From Antedon mediterranea (lineage: Eukaryota > Animalia > Echinodermata), in contig NC_092677.1 in NCBI RefSeq assembly GCF_964355755.1, positions 23,113,175 through 23,177,174 on the forward strand: a DNA stretch of 64,000 nt. Reading direction: 5' to 3'. The notes beneath the pieces were generated by a model. That model was not told where the DNA came from. It did no database searches and saw only the letters and a program-made list of their open reading frames with translations. The translations under genes and the position numbers were made by a program. Shown here piece by piece: positions 60,279 through 64,000 of this stretch (position 1 is the first letter of the stretch; each line of letters opens with the position of its first letter).

Positions 60279-62399
60279 AATTTGTATAATATTTTTTAAA
60301 TGTCGCCCTCTATTGATGGGTGTTTCTAAATCTAAGACCATAACAGAGATAAAACCGCGCGCGCAAAAGCCAAGGAAGACCCTACGATGGTAGTGTGCAC
60401 AAAATCGTGCAATCAATCAATGATAACATCGCATTTACTTACAGAATCTTAAAAATATTTTAATTTTAGTCTTTCGATTTTTGATCCAGAAACCAGCGCA
60501 TTACTCCTTACAATAACTGTGAATATGTTAATCCATAGTATAGAAGTAAATTGACTATAATCATGATCGATTTAATTATAGATTTTCAAAGATAATTATA
60601 CAAAGATACTAGGGACTATAAAGTATACTTAAAACAAGCTCACTATAAAGGATTCACAATAAAATCTATTCAGTAAAAATACTGTAGTCGAGTAAAATAT
60701 GACTTGTCATTTTTTTATTAAAATCTACCTCAATAAAGAACTATTCAATCACTGTTTACGTGTCAGCGTGTCATAATAGGACTGTTACATATGAGTTGTT
60801 TTCTGTATCTCACTGCCAAACATCCAAGGTTGGGTTACGTATTTATAAATAACTAGCAGTGGCTTTTATATATGGTTATATACTATATATATACTATATG
60901 GGATGAGTAAGTATCATAATAAACCCACTCTTCCCTCATAAACAGTCATGGATTTTGTTATACACCAAGTATTCCTTCATTTTTAAGTAACTATGAGCTA
61001 CAAAATAAAAGCAATACTGGATATGGGACTTTATGAAAATGGTGTGAATATTAATCTAGGGTGCTCATCAGAAAGTAACAACGTGCATGCACATGAGAGG
61101 GAGATGCAGGTTGAACTCTGATAATCAGTTAGAAAACATTTCAATGATAACATATGATTTGGTAATTTATAGAATTGAGCATAATAAAACCACAGAGACT
61201 TGAAATCAACACAAAAAATGCATGATGTTGAAATAAGATGATGCGCGCGGACACTAACGAAAGTAGGCCTATAACATACCAAACTATATTCTAAGTGTAT
61301 TTTTCGTTGTGATATTTTGTTTGTCAGAATTTTTCGTTAATAATATATCCATTTGTATTCGTTTTATTTGTGTTTTTTTTTTTTACTTTTTTTTTGTTCA
61401 TTTACATTTTTTTAGTTCATGGTTTATTATATTTGTCTTTGTGCGTGTGTGTGTGAGGTTTCGTATCGCTAGTTTTGTAATTAGATTATTAGATTGAGGT
61501 CTAGTTTTGATTTTTAGATTTAAGCATTTCGCGGATACGGTCGCTGAGACGTCAAATTACTGCTATTTTTTACCTTTTTTAGTGTTTATCATTAACATTC
61601 AGAAAAGTGACGTAGCCTATCGTGTGCGGCCCATCAATAAACAACAGTGTGCCAAATGTGAGCACATACCGTTCAGTGGTTTTGGAGGAGATACGTAAAA
61701 TAAAAAAAAAATAGTAGCATTAATATATAGATTACATGAATGATACTTAACACCTCCTATTTAAAATGTCAAATATCTAGTTGAGATATCGGCATCCCGT
61801 AAAATCCTTTGGTCACACGATCCCAAGATCGTAGTGCTCTCATGCGAATTCGAGCATCTTCTGTTGTATATTTATCTGACAATCAGACAATCCACTTACT
61901 TACAATTTGGTTTTGTCTCAGAAAAATATTTTTGTAATAACTTTGAAACACCAATACACGTTTTAAAACGAATTAACGATAATTAGGCCTACCGAAACTT
62001 AACAAAGTAAACATCAAGGTGTGTTATCAACTTCGGCCTACGAATTGAACACAAAGACATCAATTGTATACGGCCTTGACAATGATATTGTAGAGAACTA
62101 AAAGTTGAACCTGTCCTTTGAAAAGTTTAAACCTAGTGTAACGTTTCGTTTCGGTGAATAAGTATTCCAAGGCGTATTTAAAAACTATTGTATTGGACGA
62201 TATAGTATCGTATAAGGCAATCCGTTATCTACTGAACCACAAAATAATACTAAAGTTGAGTAGTCTACACTTTCAATAACGGACTTATAGAAAAGTGTCG
62301 TAATGAAAGGTTCCACTCCGAAGGATTTAAGTCTACGTAAAAAGTAAAGGCGTTGTTGGGCCTTTTTAGTACACTTTTTTTGTTATCTTATGTGGGTTC

Positions 62400-64000
62400 A
62401 TCTCACTTTTATTTCCATATATGTTCTCTTTACATATATTTTTCTCTAAACTTTTTCATTTCAATACACTATACATATTATTATATTTCATTTGTTTACA
62501 CATTATCACATTGATTTTTGTTTTTATCTTTTCTCTTCATAGTTTCCTCTTTTTATAATATTATCTATAATACATTTTCATTGACAAAGCTTTCATACAA
62601 TTATATAATGTATTCTATGTTTAATAAATCCATCTAATTTAATATCTCCTATGGGCTTGTAAGTCCAATTTTATCTTTCTTTGGATTAATCTATGCAAAC
62701 ATATTTTCATTTAACAATACATATTTTTTCTTATACCTCACCAACTATTTACTGTAAACATAATATTTTTCTCATCCTTTACCATTGATTTTTTTGTTTA
62801 ATAATATTAACAAAATATATTTCCACAGATTACCCTTTATATAACCCATCAAATTTTCATCTACCTTTTCTTATTTTTTTTTTCTTTTTTCATTCCACGT
62901 TTTTTATACTTCTTTTCTTTTAATATATTTCCATATTCTTTTGTTTATACATACATTATCATTTAACAAATTTATGTTTAATAATATATTAATAGATCAT
63001 TCATTGTATCTCATTAACATTTGTTCTTCCCTTACATGTAATCTGATTGAACATACCCATGTATACCTGCAGATTTACATATTTCTTATCTTTTACCTAC
63101 AATTGTAGGAGATTGATTTCTTTTCTTTTCCCATTAAACTTAATATCTTTACTTTATAAATACAGAATGCACCTAAAGTGTATAATTTATTTACGTAATT
63201 GTTGTCAGTTCAAATAAAAGCCTTTTGAAAGAAAAAAACAGGAATATGTATGCTTACTTCTCTAGTTATTCTGTTTATCTCTCTCCATAGACATTTTACT
63301 GTTATACACTCTGCTAACATATGTTATCATTCTCAATAACATTGCATGTACCACAATTTGGAGAATTTACAAGGTTCCACTTATGTAATCTTTCGGTTGT
63401 AGGCAATATTCTGTGCAACAATTTAAAATTAAAATGTGTCAGTTTTTTTTTCTTTAAAGATGTATTGTCCCCTGAAAAAATAATTATTAAAAAAATGTTT
63501 TTTTAATGTCATTTTAATGTCATCTAATAGTTATCCACTTGGACCAAAAATTGGATCGAAAAGAAAATGTATTTACCTAAAAAACTGTAATTTAAAACAC
63601 AAAGTAGTCAAATTGACTGCCAGCCAATGGGTTTTTGGTTGAACCATTTATTTTGCTATTTTATAAGTGAAACCATTAATTTTTTCTGGGTTTTTTTCTA
63701 CAGAAGTGATTAACTTTATTAAAACTACAAAATAATCTATTTTATTAAACTTTATTTTTCTTTTTTTTTTTAGGGAAAATACATCTTTAAGACCAGAAAC
63801 TTTCTTAACCCATATTTTTTTCCATGGCAGATTACTATATAAATATTGAGCATCTATTATGAGTCTATATAATTGTATAGACGTCATAATTAAGACCGTA
63901 TTGTTTGTAATAGGTATATCATCATTTACATTAATGTCACATGTTGATTTTAAAATACATTTCCATTCTTTTGGAATGGCTTTCAATATACAAGAATATT
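62400..64000 (-). mobile_element. Tx1/L1-like LINE 3' remnant (runs off the window; left boundary approximate)
   Basis: KAIPKEWK (63986) and FNFKLLHRILPTTERLHKWNLVNSPNCGTC..HMLAEC..LW (zf-RVT-like) on the minus strand, then AT-rich UTR-like DNA. Confidence 0.75.
63458..63786. mobile_element. TTAA-flanked MITE (same TIR family as 55179-55681)
   Basis: ttaa|agatgtattgtccc ... gggaaaatacatct|ttaa; interrupts the LINE reading frame. Confidence 0.8.

Overview
AT-rich animal genomic DNA with spliceosomal introns and LINE, SINE and Helitron repeats. It looks like a marine invertebrate, possibly an echinoderm, but the taxon cannot be proven from the window. (1) ~1.8-24.9 kb is a tandem array of five intronless C2H2 zinc-finger ORFs with no effector domain (7, 18, 6, 9 and 9 array fingers). 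They are built from a near-identical 84-bp coding minisatellite whose variation concentrates in the recognition helix. Each ORF sits in a 3.3-5 kb cassette of antisense CR1-like LINE remnant, ZF pseudocopy, MITE end and Helitron fragment. One spacer carries a TSD-flanked polyA retro-insertion holding an intact 1001-codon L2 ORF2. (2) ~24.9-33.6 kb holds nested Helitron/Helentron-type elements, four tRNA-Val(AAC) pseudocopies, a Deu/Nin-domain SINE, and an intronless Ig-receptor gene disabled by one stop and one frameshift. (3) ~34.3-59.9 kb is a multi-exon + strand membrane mucin-like gene: FAM171-like segment, four Cys-rich repeats, LDLa, a 14-aa Thr-rich repeat, 2x SEA-EGF, TM and tail. A 9.6-kb nest of Helitrons, satellite and a ~0.9-kb inverted duplication fills one of its introns. 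A Tx1/L1-like remnant ends the window. All calls are by eye; no database searches were run.
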